Assembly (NCBI GenBank): GCA_046346765.1
Contig: JAXMHN010000030.1
Coordinates: 9,345 to 73,344, forward strand
Length of the DNA stretch: 64,000 nucleotides
Source: Verrucomicrobiota bacterium
GTDB lineage: Bacteria; Verrucomicrobiota; Verrucomicrobiia; Limisphaerales; SIBE01
Direction: 5' to 3'
Below, one piece after another: positions 20,733-30,742 of this stretch (its first letter is position 1; each line of letters begins with the position of its first letter). Below the pieces are notes generated by a model. That model saw nothing but the letters and a program-made list of their open reading frames with translations, was not told the origin of the DNA and did no database searches. Position numbers and translations under genes: made by a program.

Positions 20733-23108
20733 ATGAAGCATTCCCGCGTGCTCAGGCTCCTGTGGATCCGCGCGCTGTGCGTTTCCGCCTTTGCCCCAAT
20801 TGGTCTCTCTGCCCAGCCAGTCCCAAAGTTGATGGCCTTGTCGCGGGATTGGTTTCAGCGGGGCACAACCAACGAAGTGGTCATTTCGGGCGAACATCTA
20901 CGTGGCGCTAAAGCGGTCCGAGTCAGTGGCGACGGCGGCCTTGCCGTCCTGCTGAGCACGCCGGACGAGGGTTTGCCCAAGGTGACCCTAGAGGCCAGCA
21001 AAGGCGGCATTTCGGTCGGGGACAGCAGTGAAAGCAAGGCTGTCCGAGCTACCGTTACCATCAGTGACGACGCCTCGCTCAATCCACGCGAGATACGTCT
21101 CGTCACCGCTGAGGGCGTGTCGAATCCGGTAATCGTCAACGTTAGTCCCATCCCCGAAATCCTCGAGACCAGCGGCGGCGAACAAAGGTTGAGTCTCCCG
21201 GTGGGGTTGAGCGGGACGATCGCCGCTCCAGGCGAACAGGACTCGTTCACGTTTGACGCTAAAAAGGGGCAGGAACTCATCTTCGAAATCCTCGCTTTTC
21301 GTTCCGGTTCCGCGCTGGATTCGTCGATGGCCTTGCTGAACTCAAAGGGCCTAGAGTTGGCTCGCAGTGAAGACGCCAAAGGTTTCGATTCGTTTATCCG
21401 GCTGACGGTGCCGGAGGATGGGGCCTACCGCTTGCAGATTCGGGATTTCCGTTATGGCGGCAGTTCCAAACACACCTATCACCTAACGGCTGGCGCCTTA
21501 CCCTATGTCGATTGGGTCTATCCCGCCGGCGTGTCCCGCGGTCAATCGGCTCAGGTCCGGTTGCATGGGGCCAACTTGGGTGTCGATACGATCACCCTCC
21601 GCCCGGACCTCGATGCGCCACTTGGCTGGCAGGAGGTTCGTGTCCGGACGTCCAACGGTTTGTCTACACCCTTCCGCTTTGAAGTGGGCGAGCTTCCCGA
21701 GTTTATGGAAACGGAACCCAACGGCGGAACTAATCAGGCTAATGTCATCCGCCCGCCCACGACAGTTAACGGACGGATCTCTGCGCCGAGGGATGTCGAT
21801 CAATTCAAATTCAAATTATCCAAATCCCAGCGACTGATTTGCGAAATAACGGCTCAGCGCTTCGGTTCGCCGCTGGATGCCGTGCTGGTTCTGCGTGACG
21901 GCGAGGGGCATGTGCTGTCCCAAAATGACGATGCCGAAGGGGCCGACGCTCGAATCGATTACCCTTTCGAGAAGGATAAGGAATACCTGCTTTCCGTCCG
22001 CGACTTGCTCGGGCGCGGTCCGGAGAATGCCGTTTATCGACTCGCCCTCCGTCCGCCCCAACCAGACTTCACTGTGCGATTTTTCCCGGACGCGCCCCGG
22101 ATCAATTGCGGCGGGAGAGCGATCGTCAGATGCGAGGTGTTGCGCGAGGCGGGCTTTGGTGGCGCCGTCCGGATCGTTGCCGAAAACCTACCGGCAGGGG
22201 TGACGGCTGAGCCGGTCCTGATGACGGCGGACGATCCCACTCATGGCTTGCTGATTTTGAATGCGAGTGGTAATGCGGCGGGCGGAGTCCATCCCTTACG
22301 ACTGGCCGCCACTGGTCTAAGGGACGGAGCAGCCTTGGTGCACTCGGCTGAACCAATGGCCGGAGATACCCCTGCCAGGGAAGGCTTATTGACTATTCTG
22401 GATTCCGCGCCGCCATTTACTCTCGAATTGCTCACCCTCAGCGTGTCTTTGGAACAAGAGCAGGCGGCTGATCTGCAGCTCCTCGTGCGCCGACGGGACG
22501 GGTTTGACGGAGAGATCAAGTTGACCCCGGAAGGCTTCAGCTCCGGACGCGAATCGATCGCACGCAATCTTGAGTTTCAGCCGGTCACCCTCAAAGCGGC
22601 CGAGAGCCGGGCGCGGCTGACCTGCAAGGCCCGTATGGATTCTGAGATTGGGGTGCATCCGATCTACGTGCGCGCCGAGACAACCGTTGATGGCCAAACT
22701 ATCAACCAGTATAGCCAGGCAGTTCCCCTCACCATCCGTCAGCTGCCCTTCTCCCTGGTGAACACCATGAAACGCCTGTCCGTCGCCGTGCTGCCGGCGG
22801 GCACAACTTCCGCCGCTTCCGAGGCCGAGTTCGCCGTTCGGGCGTCGCGGCGGGGCTGGTTTACGGATCAGATTGACCTGTCATTGGAAGGGCTTCCGGA
22901 AGGAGTGACGGCGACTACGACCAACCTAGCCAGCCACGTAGGCGAGGTCACATTTAAGTTGCACGCCACGGAGAAGGCGGCGGTTCTCAAAGACTTCGAA
23001 ATCACTGTGGTCGGTTCGGCCAATATCGCTGGGCGGATCTATCAACAACGCACCGCGCCCATGACGCTCAGCGTGACCAAACCAACCGAGGTGGCGGACT
23101 CTAAATAA
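20733..23108 (+). CDS. Secreted multi-PPC (pre-peptidase C-terminal)/Ig-like protein
   Basis: QRGTT.EV...G, D.F.F.AKKGQ, RSGSALDS, E.EPN and GSPLDAVL motifs; no protease catalytic domain seen. Confidence 0.85.
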   Translation: MKHSRVLRLLWIRALCVSAFAPIGLSAQPVPKLMALSRDWFQRGTTNEVVISGEHLRGAKAVRVSGDGGLAVLLSTPDEGLPKVTLEASKGGISVGDSSESKAVRATVTISDDASLNPREIRLVTAEGVSNPVIVNVSPIPEILETSGGEQRLSLPVGLSGTIAAPGEQDSFTFDAKKGQELIFEILAFRSGSALDSSMALLNSKGLELARSEDAKGFDSFIRLTVPEDGAYRLQIRDFRYGGSSKHTYHLTAGALPYVDWVYPAGVSRGQSAQVRLHGANLGVDTITLRPDLDAPLGWQEVRVRTSNGLSTPFRFEVGELPEFMETEPNGGTNQANVIRPPTTVNGRISAPRDVDQFKFKLSKSQRLICEITAQRFGSPLDAVLVLRDGEGHVLSQNDDAEGADARIDYPFEKDKEYLLSVRDLLGRGPENAVYRLALRPPQPDFTVRFFPDAPRINCGGRAIVRCEVLREAGFGGAVRIVAENLPAGVTAEPVLMTADDPTHGLLILNASGNAAGGVHPLRLAATGLRDGAALVHSAEPMAGDTPAREGLLTILDSAPPFTLELLTLSVSLEQEQAADLQLLVRRRDGFDGEIKLTPEGFSSGRESIARNLEFQPVTLKAAESRARLTCKARMDSEIGVHPIYVRAETTVDGQTINQYSQAVPLTIRQLPFSLVNTMKRLSVAVLPAGTTSAASEAEFAVRASRRGWFTDQIDLSLEGLPEGVTATTTNLASHVGEVTFKLHATEKAAVLKDFEITVVGSANIAGRIYQQRTAPMTLSVTKPTEVADSK

Positions 23109-23109
23109 G

Positions 23110-24516
23110 ATGCAACCTTCACCGTCTGCACCCAGGCCGAAACGAGCCGCTTCGTTCGGCATCCTGGCGCTGTTTTTGGTCTCAACCGTTGCGATGGCTC
23201 AAGGCGAGACCGCCAAGCCGGTCAGCTTTTCCAGCGATGTCGTGCCCATTCTGAAACGAAGTTGCACCGGTTGTCATCATCCTGGAAAGCTCAAAGGCGA
23301 TCTGGACTTGACTACCTTCAGTTCTTTGCAGAAGGGGGGCAAACACGGCCCTATTCTGCAGTCGGGCGTGCCTGGCAAGAGCAGAGTAATCGAGCAGATC
23401 AGCGGGCCGGAGCCGAGCATGCCGGCGGAGGGACCGCCCCTGAGCAAGGAGGAGGTGGGCTTGTTTGAGCGTTGGATTAACCAAGGCGCCAAAGACGACA
23501 CACCAGCCGGGAGCGAAGACCTGGTGCCGAAAGAACCGCCGGTTTACCGCGTTGCCCCGGTCATCTCCGCTTTGGCCTTTTCTCCGGACGGCGGTACGTT
23601 GGCCGTCCCTGGTTATCATGAAGTCTTGCTCCACAAGTCAGACGGTTCGGCGCTGGTTGGCCGCTTGCTCGGCGAATCGCCCCGCATCGATTCCATCGCC
23701 TTCTCTCCCGACGGCAAGCAATTGGCAGTCAGCGGTGGCGCTCCCGCCCAATTCGGCTCCATCCAAGTCTGGGACTCGGCTTCCCGGACCTTGGTCAAGA
23801 GCCTCCGGATCTCGGCTGACTCCCTCTTCGGCGTTTCGTTCTCCCCGGACGGAGAGCGGATTGCTTTCGGTTGCGCCGACAAGACTGTCCGCGTGCTGCG
23901 TGTTGCCGATGGCAAGGAACTGGTGCGGGTCGACAATCACAGCGACTGGGTTTTGGGCACGACGTTTACCCGCGATGGCAAGCGTTTGCTCAGCGGAAGC
24001 CGAGACCGGGCTATGAAGTTGATCGATGGTTCCAGCGGGCAATTCATCGACGACATTAACAAGCTGATCGAAGGAGTTTTATGTTTGGCCCGACATCCAA
24101 CCGCTGATCAGGCGCTCTACGGCGGCGACTTGGGCGGGTTGCGGATCTATCGAATGGCCGAGAACCAGCAGCGCACCGCCGCCAATAATGACGTCAACAT
24201 GCTCCGTGAATTCGAGCGACAGCCCGGACCCGTCCGCGCCGTTGCTTTCTCGCCCAAGGGCGATCTGGTCGCCGCGGCGGGTGGATTTCCGGAAGTGCAT
24301 CTCTATAAAACGAGTGACGGTGCTCGGGCTGCCACCCTAAAGGGGCATGAAGGGGCCATTTTCAGCCTGGCATTTCACCCGACGCAGCCCGAGATCCTCA
24401 CAGGCGGCTATGATGGCAAGGTGCGCCGCTACAAAGTGGATTCTGGCGAATTGATCGCCAGCTTTTTTCCGGTGCCCCTGCTGTCGAAGGCAGACCAAGT
24501 GGCGCAAACGAAATAG
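23110..24516 (+). CDS. Planctomycete cytochrome c (PSCyt1) domain plus WD40 beta-propeller
   Basis: F..DV.PIL...CTGCH, MP...L...WI.QGA, then repeated LAFSPDG/GH.G WD40 blades. Confidence 0.92.
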   Translation: MQPSPSAPRPKRAASFGILALFLVSTVAMAQGETAKPVSFSSDVVPILKRSCTGCHHPGKLKGDLDLTTFSSLQKGGKHGPILQSGVPGKSRVIEQISGPEPSMPAEGPPLSKEEVGLFERWINQGAKDDTPAGSEDLVPKEPPVYRVAPVISALAFSPDGGTLAVPGYHEVLLHKSDGSALVGRLLGESPRIDSIAFSPDGKQLAVSGGAPAQFGSIQVWDSASRTLVKSLRISADSLFGVSFSPDGERIAFGCADKTVRVLRVADGKELVRVDNHSDWVLGTTFTRDGKRLLSGSRDRAMKLIDGSSGQFIDDINKLIEGVLCLARHPTADQALYGGDLGGLRIYRMAENQQRTAANNDVNMLREFERQPGPVRAVAFSPKGDLVAAAGGFPEVHLYKTSDGARAATLKGHEGAIFSLAFHPTQPEILTGGYDGKVRRYKVDSGELIASFFPVPLLSKADQVAQTK

Positions 24517-24723
24517 CTGAGCAAGCTCGACCGGCTTGGTCCTCTCGCCAGCTCCCACCGGCCGCGGCGGCAGTGAATCGGTGGCGACGCGTGACTGGAA
24601 CGCTTTCCTATTTGGTGACGGATCTGTCAGTTCCGCCACCGGCGCCGCGACGTGCGCTGGCCATGGCAGCAAGACCGTTCGTTTCTGGCCGCCTGGCGCC
24701 GAATCGAGGATAAAAAGCCGTGG

Positions 24724-26088
24724 CTAAGCCCGGGCGAGCTCTCCGGCGTGTCCGTGGATTTTGCGAATGGCGTCGGCGATCTGGTCCATGTCCTGCCTCG
24801 AGCCCACAAACATGTTTTGCGTGAACCAGACCGCCTGCTCACACAGCTTCTCGTTCGTCGGGCATTGGGTTCGGTCCTCCCAATTGGCCAGCACCTCGGG
24901 CGGATATATCTTCTGATAGCCTTTGGTTTTGAGCGTGGCCTTCACGAAGCTCTCTTTGTTCAACGGTGAATAGCCGGCCGACGAGGGGATGCCCTCGGCG
25001 TTGAGCGCCTTCAGGAACTTGGCTCGCGACATTCCACCGAAATATTCCGGCTCGTAGCGCAACATATAAAGGTGGTAGGCGTTTCGCGTGCAACCTTCGT
25101 GCATCCTAGCCGGCACGATACCGGGAATCTCCTTGAGCATCCCAGTCAGGTATTGCGCGTTCTGTTCCCGGATCTGGGATTGCTTTTCGACCCGCTGCAT
25201 TTGCGCGAGGAGCACGGCCGCTTGAAAATCGGTCAGGCGCAAGTTCGCGCCGCGGCTGCCGAGATAGTTGAAGTTGTAACCTGCGCTCGTGCGCGGCCGG
25301 CAATTGTTTTGGAAGGCGTAGCACTTTTCCGCCACCTCCGCGTCATTCGTGAGAATGGCGCCGCCTTCGCCGCAATTCAGGTTCTTGCTTGCCTGGAAGC
25401 TGAAGCAGCCGGTTGTTCCAAGAGTGCCGACCTTGCGGCCACGCCACTCGGCCAAGTGCGATTGGCAGGCATCCTCGACCACGGGGATTTTCCGTTGGGC
25501 GGTTGCGCCCAGGACTCCATCCATGTTCGCAACGTTGCCGCCTAGATGAACCGGGATGACAGCAGCTGTTCGGTCCGTCAGAGCGGGTTCGATTTTGCTC
25601 GGGTCGATCTGGAAGGTATCTAATTCGACATCGACGAAGATCGGCAGGGCGTATTGCAGCAAGATCACGTTGAGCGTGGCGACAAAGGTGTAGGGCGGCA
25701 GAATGACCTCGTCGCCTGGTCCCACTCCCAAAGCTCCTAGAGAAGCAAACAGCGCGCTGGTTCCGTTCGCCACGGCGACGCAATGCTTGGCGCCGGTCAA
25801 TTTGGCGTAGGCTTCTTCGAGGCGGCCCGCCACTAGTCCTCCGTAACTACGGGTCCAATGTCGGCTGTGCAGCACTTCGAGCACCGCCTTGTCTTCGGCT
25901 TCATCGATCACTGGCCAGGACGGAAAGGCGTCCGACCGAACAGGCGCGCCGCCCAGCAGAGCCGGCTTGGGCAGCCCATTCCGGCCCGGAGCGGTCTCCG
26001 GGCCGGCCCCGGTCTCGGTCAGGCCAAAGGAAAGCGCCGTGCCAGTGACAGCGGCAGTTCCGAGGAAACGTCTGCGATTCATATTCAT
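24724..26088 (-). CDS. DegT/DnrJ/EryC1/StrS PLP aminotransferase with a Tat-like signal
   Basis: NRRRFL leader; NGTSAL, EDACQSH and [12 protein letters not shown] (PLP Lys) motifs. Confidence 0.9.
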   Translation of the reverse strand: MNMNRRRFLGTAAVTGTALSFGLTETGAGPETAPGRNGLPKPALLGGAPVRSDAFPSWPVIDEAEDKAVLEVLHSRHWTRSYGGLVAGRLEEAYAKLTGAKHCVAVANGTSALFASLGALGVGPGDEVILPPYTFVATLNVILLQYALPIFVDVELDTFQIDPSKIEPALTDRTAAVIPVHLGGNVANMDGVLGATAQRKIPVVEDACQSHLAEWRGRKVGTLGTTGCFSFQASKNLNCGEGGAILTNDAEVAEKCYAFQNNCRPRTSAGYNFNYLGSRGANLRLTDFQAAVLLAQMQRVEKQSQIREQNAQYLTGMLKEIPGIVPARMHEGCTRNAYHLYMLRYEPEYFGGMSRAKFLKALNAEGIPSSAGYSPLNKESFVKATLKTKGYQKIYPPEVLANWEDRTQCPTNEKLCEQAVWFTQNMFVGSRQDMDQIADAIRKIHGHAGELARA

Positions 26089-26199
26089 AGTTTGCCCTTT
26101 CTTGGTTGGTGGCTTTGCTGCGGAGCTAGTTTCCGCAATACTCCCCGCTTTGCTGAGCGTCAAACTCTTTCCAACCGAGGTCGGGTCGGTGATTCGCTT

Positions 26200-26985
26200 T
26201 CAATTCAAGCCTGCCAGGAGTTTCTTCGCGCGCTTGATCCAGAAACGTTCGTGGCGCCGCTCGAACGCCGGGGCATGCGCGTCATCGGCAACCGCCTCTT
26301 GGAGTTTGGCCTTGGCGGGAGCGGTTTCCCCGCGCGCCAGATGGAGTTCGGCCAATTCGACGCGGGCCCGGGCATAGGAGTAGTTTTCGGAAATGTGCTG
26401 CCAAGCCTGGAAGGCTTTGTCCTGCTGACCGAGAGCGGCATACGCTTCGGCCAGTGCCATGAGAGAGTAGCCGTAATTGTGCTTCGGGTTGGCCAGGCAA
26501 ACAGGCTCAAGCCATTGAATGGCTTCGGCGGGCTTTCCCAGCCGGAGCAGGGTTTCGCCGAGAGACGCTTGGGTGTCGCGGTCATCTCGATCCCGCTCCA
26601 TGGCATTACGGAAGCATTTTTCGGCGTCTTCGAACTTCTTTTGCTGCAGGTAAATTGTGCCCAGTGCGGCATGGTGATGGGCCTTGTCGAGGTGGTGAAT
26701 CTGGGCTTGCAGCTCCTGAATGCGCCGTCGCTGGGCGGTGCCGGGGAATTCGAACCTGGCCGTCCCGAGGGAGGGGGCGTTGCGGTAGATGAGAACGTAG
26801 TAAAGGACGGCGTTGATAACGGGGAAGAGGACGATGAAGACGACCCAGAGCCATTCTTCCCGGCGGATGGCATCGACGAGCATCCAGATCTGAAAGGCCG
26901 CGATGACAAGGGCGAAAGGGGAACTGAGCCAATTCTGATGGTTCAGGAGATCGGCGATCCAGAACGCTACCATGCCATCGATCAT
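26200..26985 (-). CDS. Membrane-anchored TPR protein (PLDc_N-like N-terminal hairpin)
   Basis: Two N-terminal TM helices (WMLVDAIRREEWLW) followed by TPR helices. Confidence 0.8.
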   Translation of the reverse strand: MIDGMVAFWIADLLNHQNWLSSPFALVIAAFQIWMLVDAIRREEWLWVVFIVLFPVINAVLYYVLIYRNAPSLGTARFEFPGTAQRRRIQELQAQIHHLDKAHHHAALGTIYLQQKKFEDAEKCFRNAMERDRDDRDTQASLGETLLRLGKPAEAIQWLEPVCLANPKHNYGYSLMALAEAYAALGQQDKAFQAWQHISENYSYARARVELAELHLARGETAPAKAKLQEAVADDAHAPAFERRHERFWIKRAKKLLAGLN

Positions 26986-27113
26986 TTGGGCGGCGAGGAT
27001 AGCAGGAGGCTTCGGACGCGTCTCTATATTTGACGATGGGCGGGAGACGGAGAGGAAGGGGCTTGAGTTTGGCAGGAGATCTGCTTAGTTGTCTTCGCGA
27101 TCTCCGCAAGAGC

Positions 27114-27890
27114 ATGAGTGCGAATGCGCTTGTCATTGTGCCAACCTACAACGAGAGGGCTAATCTATTGCCGCTCGTCCGGCGCGTCCTGGCTTTGCCC
27201 GTCAGCGTCGACCTCTTGATCGTCGATGATAATTCGCCGGACGGCACGGGTGAGTTGGCCGATCAGTTGAGTCGTGAGCATGGGCAGATCCATGTGCTGC
27301 ACCGGCAGGCGAAGGCCGGGCTTGGCCGGGCCTATTGTGCGGGATTTGGCTGGGCCCTGGAGCGGAGCTATCCGTTCGTGTGCGAGATGGATGGCGACTT
27401 GTCGCACAACCCGGATGACATTCCGTCCTTTTTGACGGCGGCAGAAGAAGCGGACCTGGTGTTGGGGTCACGCTACTGCAACGGCATTCGAGTGATCAAC
27501 TGGCCGTTGCGGCGGCTGATGCTGAGCATGTGCGCCGCCAAATACGTCCAGATCATCACCGGTATGCCGTTCACCGATCCCACCGGCGGCTTCAAATGCT
27601 TCCGTCGAAACGCCCTTCAATCGATCGATCTGGAAGATGTGCACTCCAGCGGCTATAGCTTCCAGATTGAAATGACCCACAAGGTCTGGCGCCAAGGCCT
27701 CAAAATCGTCGAAGTCCCGATCATCTTTACCGACCGTTTCCAGGGCACTTCCAAGATGTCGCCCAAAATCGTCCGCGAAGCCCTCCGCATTACCTGGAAA
27801 ATGCTCTTCCAGAATCGGCTCCGCCGCACTCCCACCCGCCAGACGACCTCACCTTCGTCTCCCACTGCCGGCGCGCTTTTGCCCAAATAA
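27114..27890 (+). CDS. Polyprenol monophosphomannose synthase (GT2)
   Basis: VPTYNE, VDDNSPDGT, MDGDLSH, GSRY, D.TGGF and GYSFQIE motifs. Confidence 0.9.
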   Translation: MSANALVIVPTYNERANLLPLVRRVLALPVSVDLLIVDDNSPDGTGELADQLSREHGQIHVLHRQAKAGLGRAYCAGFGWALERSYPFVCEMDGDLSHNPDDIPSFLTAAEEADLVLGSRYCNGIRVINWPLRRLMLSMCAAKYVQIITGMPFTDPTGGFKCFRRNALQSIDLEDVHSSGYSFQIEMTHKVWRQGLKIVEVPIIFTDRFQGTSKMSPKIVREALRITWKMLFQNRLRRTPTRQTTSPSSPTAGALLPK

Positions 27891-27941
27891 GTGTGGCGGT
27901 TTAGCTTGCGGCTGTTTGTCGCCGCGTTCATCCTCGTCGCC

Positions 27942-28499
27942 GTGATCACTTTGTTGGTGGGAACGAACCGTCCGGGCAGCAGTTCGCGCAAAGTCGCGCG
28001 CGAAATCGAACTTATCTACCAGGGGTTGGAAGTTCCTCTCCGGGTAATCGACTTGACCGAACTGCCGCCGGAGATTTTCCAGCCGAGCGCGTATGCGAAT
28101 AAGCCGGCCTCGTTTCAGGTGTTTGCAGACGCGATTCTGCAGGCAGAAGGCTTGATCGTTGTCACTCCTGAGTATAACGGCAGCGTGCCCGGGGTGCTCA
28201 AATACTTCATCGACATGTTGAAGTTTCCGGAGAGCTTCGAACAGCGGCCGGTATGCTTCGTCGGACTGGGCGCTGGCATGTGGGGCGCCTTGCGACCGGT
28301 GGAGCAGCTCCAACTGATCTTCGGCTATCGTAACGCGTTCCTTTATCCACAGCGCGTATTCATGCCCAAGATTGTCGAGCTCCTCGACAGCAGTGGCCGG
28401 TTGAAAGATCCTGAGCTGATTGAACGCTTGACCGAGCAAGCCGTCGGCTTCGTCGATTTCGTGCAAAAGGTCAAGGGTGTGAGACTAAAAAAATCTTAG
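27942..28499 (+). CDS. NAD(P)H-dependent FMN reductase
   Basis: GTNRPGS and TPEYNGS.PG.LK motifs; GTG start assumed. Confidence 0.9.
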   Translation: MITLLVGTNRPGSSSRKVAREIELIYQGLEVPLRVIDLTELPPEIFQPSAYANKPASFQVFADAILQAEGLIVVTPEYNGSVPGVLKYFIDMLKFPESFEQRPVCFVGLGAGMWGALRPVEQLQLIFGYRNAFLYPQRVFMPKIVELLDSSGRLKDPELIERLTEQAVGFVDFVQKVKGVRLKKS

Positions 28500-28530
28500 T
28501 TCCGGTGGATACACCGACAGAGGCTTTCTT

Positions 28531-29364
28531 ATGAAAGGTTCGTTTTTGAATCGTCTGGCCGTGTGCAGTTGGTCGTTGCAGCCCGCCAATCCCCAACAAC
28601 TGGTCCAAGCCTTGCAGGAGATTGGGCTTTCCAAAATCCAATTGGCGCTCGATCCCATCCGGGAGCACTCAACGACGTGGGCTAGTTTTGAGAAAGACGC
28701 CGAACGGGCGGGTTTGGAATGCGTTTCCGGCATGATGGGTTGCGCGGGCGAGGACTATACGACCATGGAGAGTATCCGTCGCACTGGCGGCATTGTTCCT
28801 GACGCGACCTGGCGGCAAAACTGGACCAACATTCAAGCGACGGCAGAGTTGGCCGCCCGGATGGGCCTGCGCCTCGTCACTTTCCACGCCGGATTTTTGC
28901 CACACGATCCGAAGGACCCTGGCTACGCCAAGCTCTTGCAACGGCTGATTCAAGTGGCCGACTGCTTTAATCAAAAGGGCATCGATCTGGCGCTCGAAAC
29001 AGGCCAGGAAACCGCCGACGCTCTTCGGGCCTTTCTGCAGCAATTGGATCGACCTGGGGTCGGGGTCAATTTCGATCCGGCGAACATGATCCTGTATGAC
29101 AAGGGCGATCCGATCCAGGCGCTGCGGACTCTGTCTCCATGGTTGAAGCAATGTCACATCAAAGACGCTCGCAAAACCAAAACAGCCGGAACGTGGGGCG
29201 ACGAGGTCCCTGCCGGGACCGGCGAAGTCCCGTGGAAGGAGTTCTTCAAGGTGCTTCAAGAACAGAACTATGGCGGCTATTGCTCGATCGAGCGAGAAGC
29301 CGGCCAGCAGCGTGTCCAGGACATTCGAGCCGCGCGGCAGATGGTCGAGTCGCTCGGTGTTTAA
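28531..29364 (+). CDS. Sugar phosphate isomerase/epimerase (xylose-isomerase-like TIM barrel)
   Basis: ETGQE, NFDPAN, HIKD and IERE metal-ligand motifs. Confidence 0.9.
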   Translation: MKGSFLNRLAVCSWSLQPANPQQLVQALQEIGLSKIQLALDPIREHSTTWASFEKDAERAGLECVSGMMGCAGEDYTTMESIRRTGGIVPDATWRQNWTNIQATAELAARMGLRLVTFHAGFLPHDPKDPGYAKLLQRLIQVADCFNQKGIDLALETGQETADALRAFLQQLDRPGVGVNFDPANMILYDKGDPIQALRTLSPWLKQCHIKDARKTKTAGTWGDEVPAGTGEVPWKEFFKVLQEQNYGGYCSIEREAGQQRVQDIRAARQMVESLGV

Positions 29365-29386
29365 CTGGTCTCATTCGTTATTCATT

Positions 29387-30445
29387 ATGAAAAGCATCAG
29401 CTCAAAACGCGCTCGTCCATCGCGAGTCAACGTCGGGGTCGTTGGTCTCGGATTCATGGGCGTTATGCACATCCGTGCGTACCAACAGGTCCGCGGCGCC
29501 CAACTGACCGCCGTTTGCGATCCTGTCCGCCAACCCATCGACGGCGTCTTGAACGATCCAGGCGGCAACGTTGGCGATAGCACCCCCGTTCAGCTCAATA
29601 TGAAGCAAGTGCGGGCTTATCGGGAGCTGTCAGACCTCCTTGCCGATCCGAACGTCGACCTCGTCGACATTTGCGTCCCGACGCACCTGCATCCGTCGGT
29701 CGCGACGGCGGCGTTGCGCTCGGGCAAACATGTCTTATGCGAGAAGCCGTTGGCCAGGAATTCCAGTCAATCCCAGGAGATCGCGGCCGCGGCGGAGGCG
29801 GCCAAGGGCTTCTTCATGCCCGCTATGTGCATGCGCTTTTGGCCTGGCTGGTCCTGGCTAAAGCCGGCCATCGAGGAAAATACCTACGGCAAAGTGCTCG
29901 CCGCCCGGTTTCGACGGATCGCGGAACCGCCCGGTTGGGGACGCGAGAACTACTTCAAAGGCGCTCAATCGGGCGGTGCCTTGCTCGATTTGCACATTCA
30001 TGACACCGATTTCGTCCAGTTTTGCTTTGGCCGGCCCAGAAGTGTGTTTTCCTCCGGGCTGAGCAAATTCAGCGGGGCGATTGATCATGTGGTGACGCAG
30101 TATCAATATGATTCGGGCGTTCTGGTGACTGCCGAAGGCAGTTGGCTGGTGGCCCCCGGCGGCGGATTTAACATGGCTTATACGATCCACTTCGAGAATG
30201 CCATGGCCGATTATGATTTCTCCCGGGGCGAGGAGGCCTTGAAACTCTATACCGCGCGCAAGGCTGTCCGCATTGTGCCATGTAAAGGGCCGGACGGTTA
30301 CGTCCGCGAGCTGCAACATATGGTCGATGCCATCCGGTCTGGCCAGCGCCCAACGGTGGTGACCGCCCGGGACGGCCAAACCGCGGTCGAGATTTGCGAA
30401 GCGGAAGAACGGTCGGTTCAGACAGGAAAAGTGACGCCTGTTTAG
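29387..30445 (+). CDS. Gfo/Idh/MocA family oxidoreductase
   Basis: GLGFMG, CEKP and GGALLDLHIHD motifs. Confidence 0.92.
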   Translation: MKSISSKRARPSRVNVGVVGLGFMGVMHIRAYQQVRGAQLTAVCDPVRQPIDGVLNDPGGNVGDSTPVQLNMKQVRAYRELSDLLADPNVDLVDICVPTHLHPSVATAALRSGKHVLCEKPLARNSSQSQEIAAAAEAAKGFFMPAMCMRFWPGWSWLKPAIEENTYGKVLAARFRRIAEPPGWGRENYFKGAQSGGALLDLHIHDTDFVQFCFGRPRSVFSSGLSKFSGAIDHVVTQYQYDSGVLVTAEGSWLVAPGGGFNMAYTIHFENAMADYDFSRGEEALKLYTARKAVRIVPCKGPDGYVRELQHMVDAIRSGQRPTVVTARDGQTAVEICEAEERSVQTGKVTPV

Positions 30446-30742
30446 CAGGACCGGTTTCGACACTCTTGCTTAACCGGCGGCAGCCGCCTTCGGCGTCGCC
30501 GGCATTCCCCAATAAATCCACCAGGATTTGACCTGGGATGGCGCGAAGGCAACACAGATTCCGTTCCCGATCGTGGCGCATCGGTCCATCCGTGGTTGAA
30601 GCCGTTTTCTACTCCCCGCTCTCCTCGCTGGACGGCTCCTCGAGTTAGCTTTGGTAACCCGTGGCGAGATGCAGCACTGGCTGTGATCGCGCTGAGGCTT
30701 CGGTCTGGTTGTGTTTTGAGATCGTTCGAGCGTGATTCGGAC

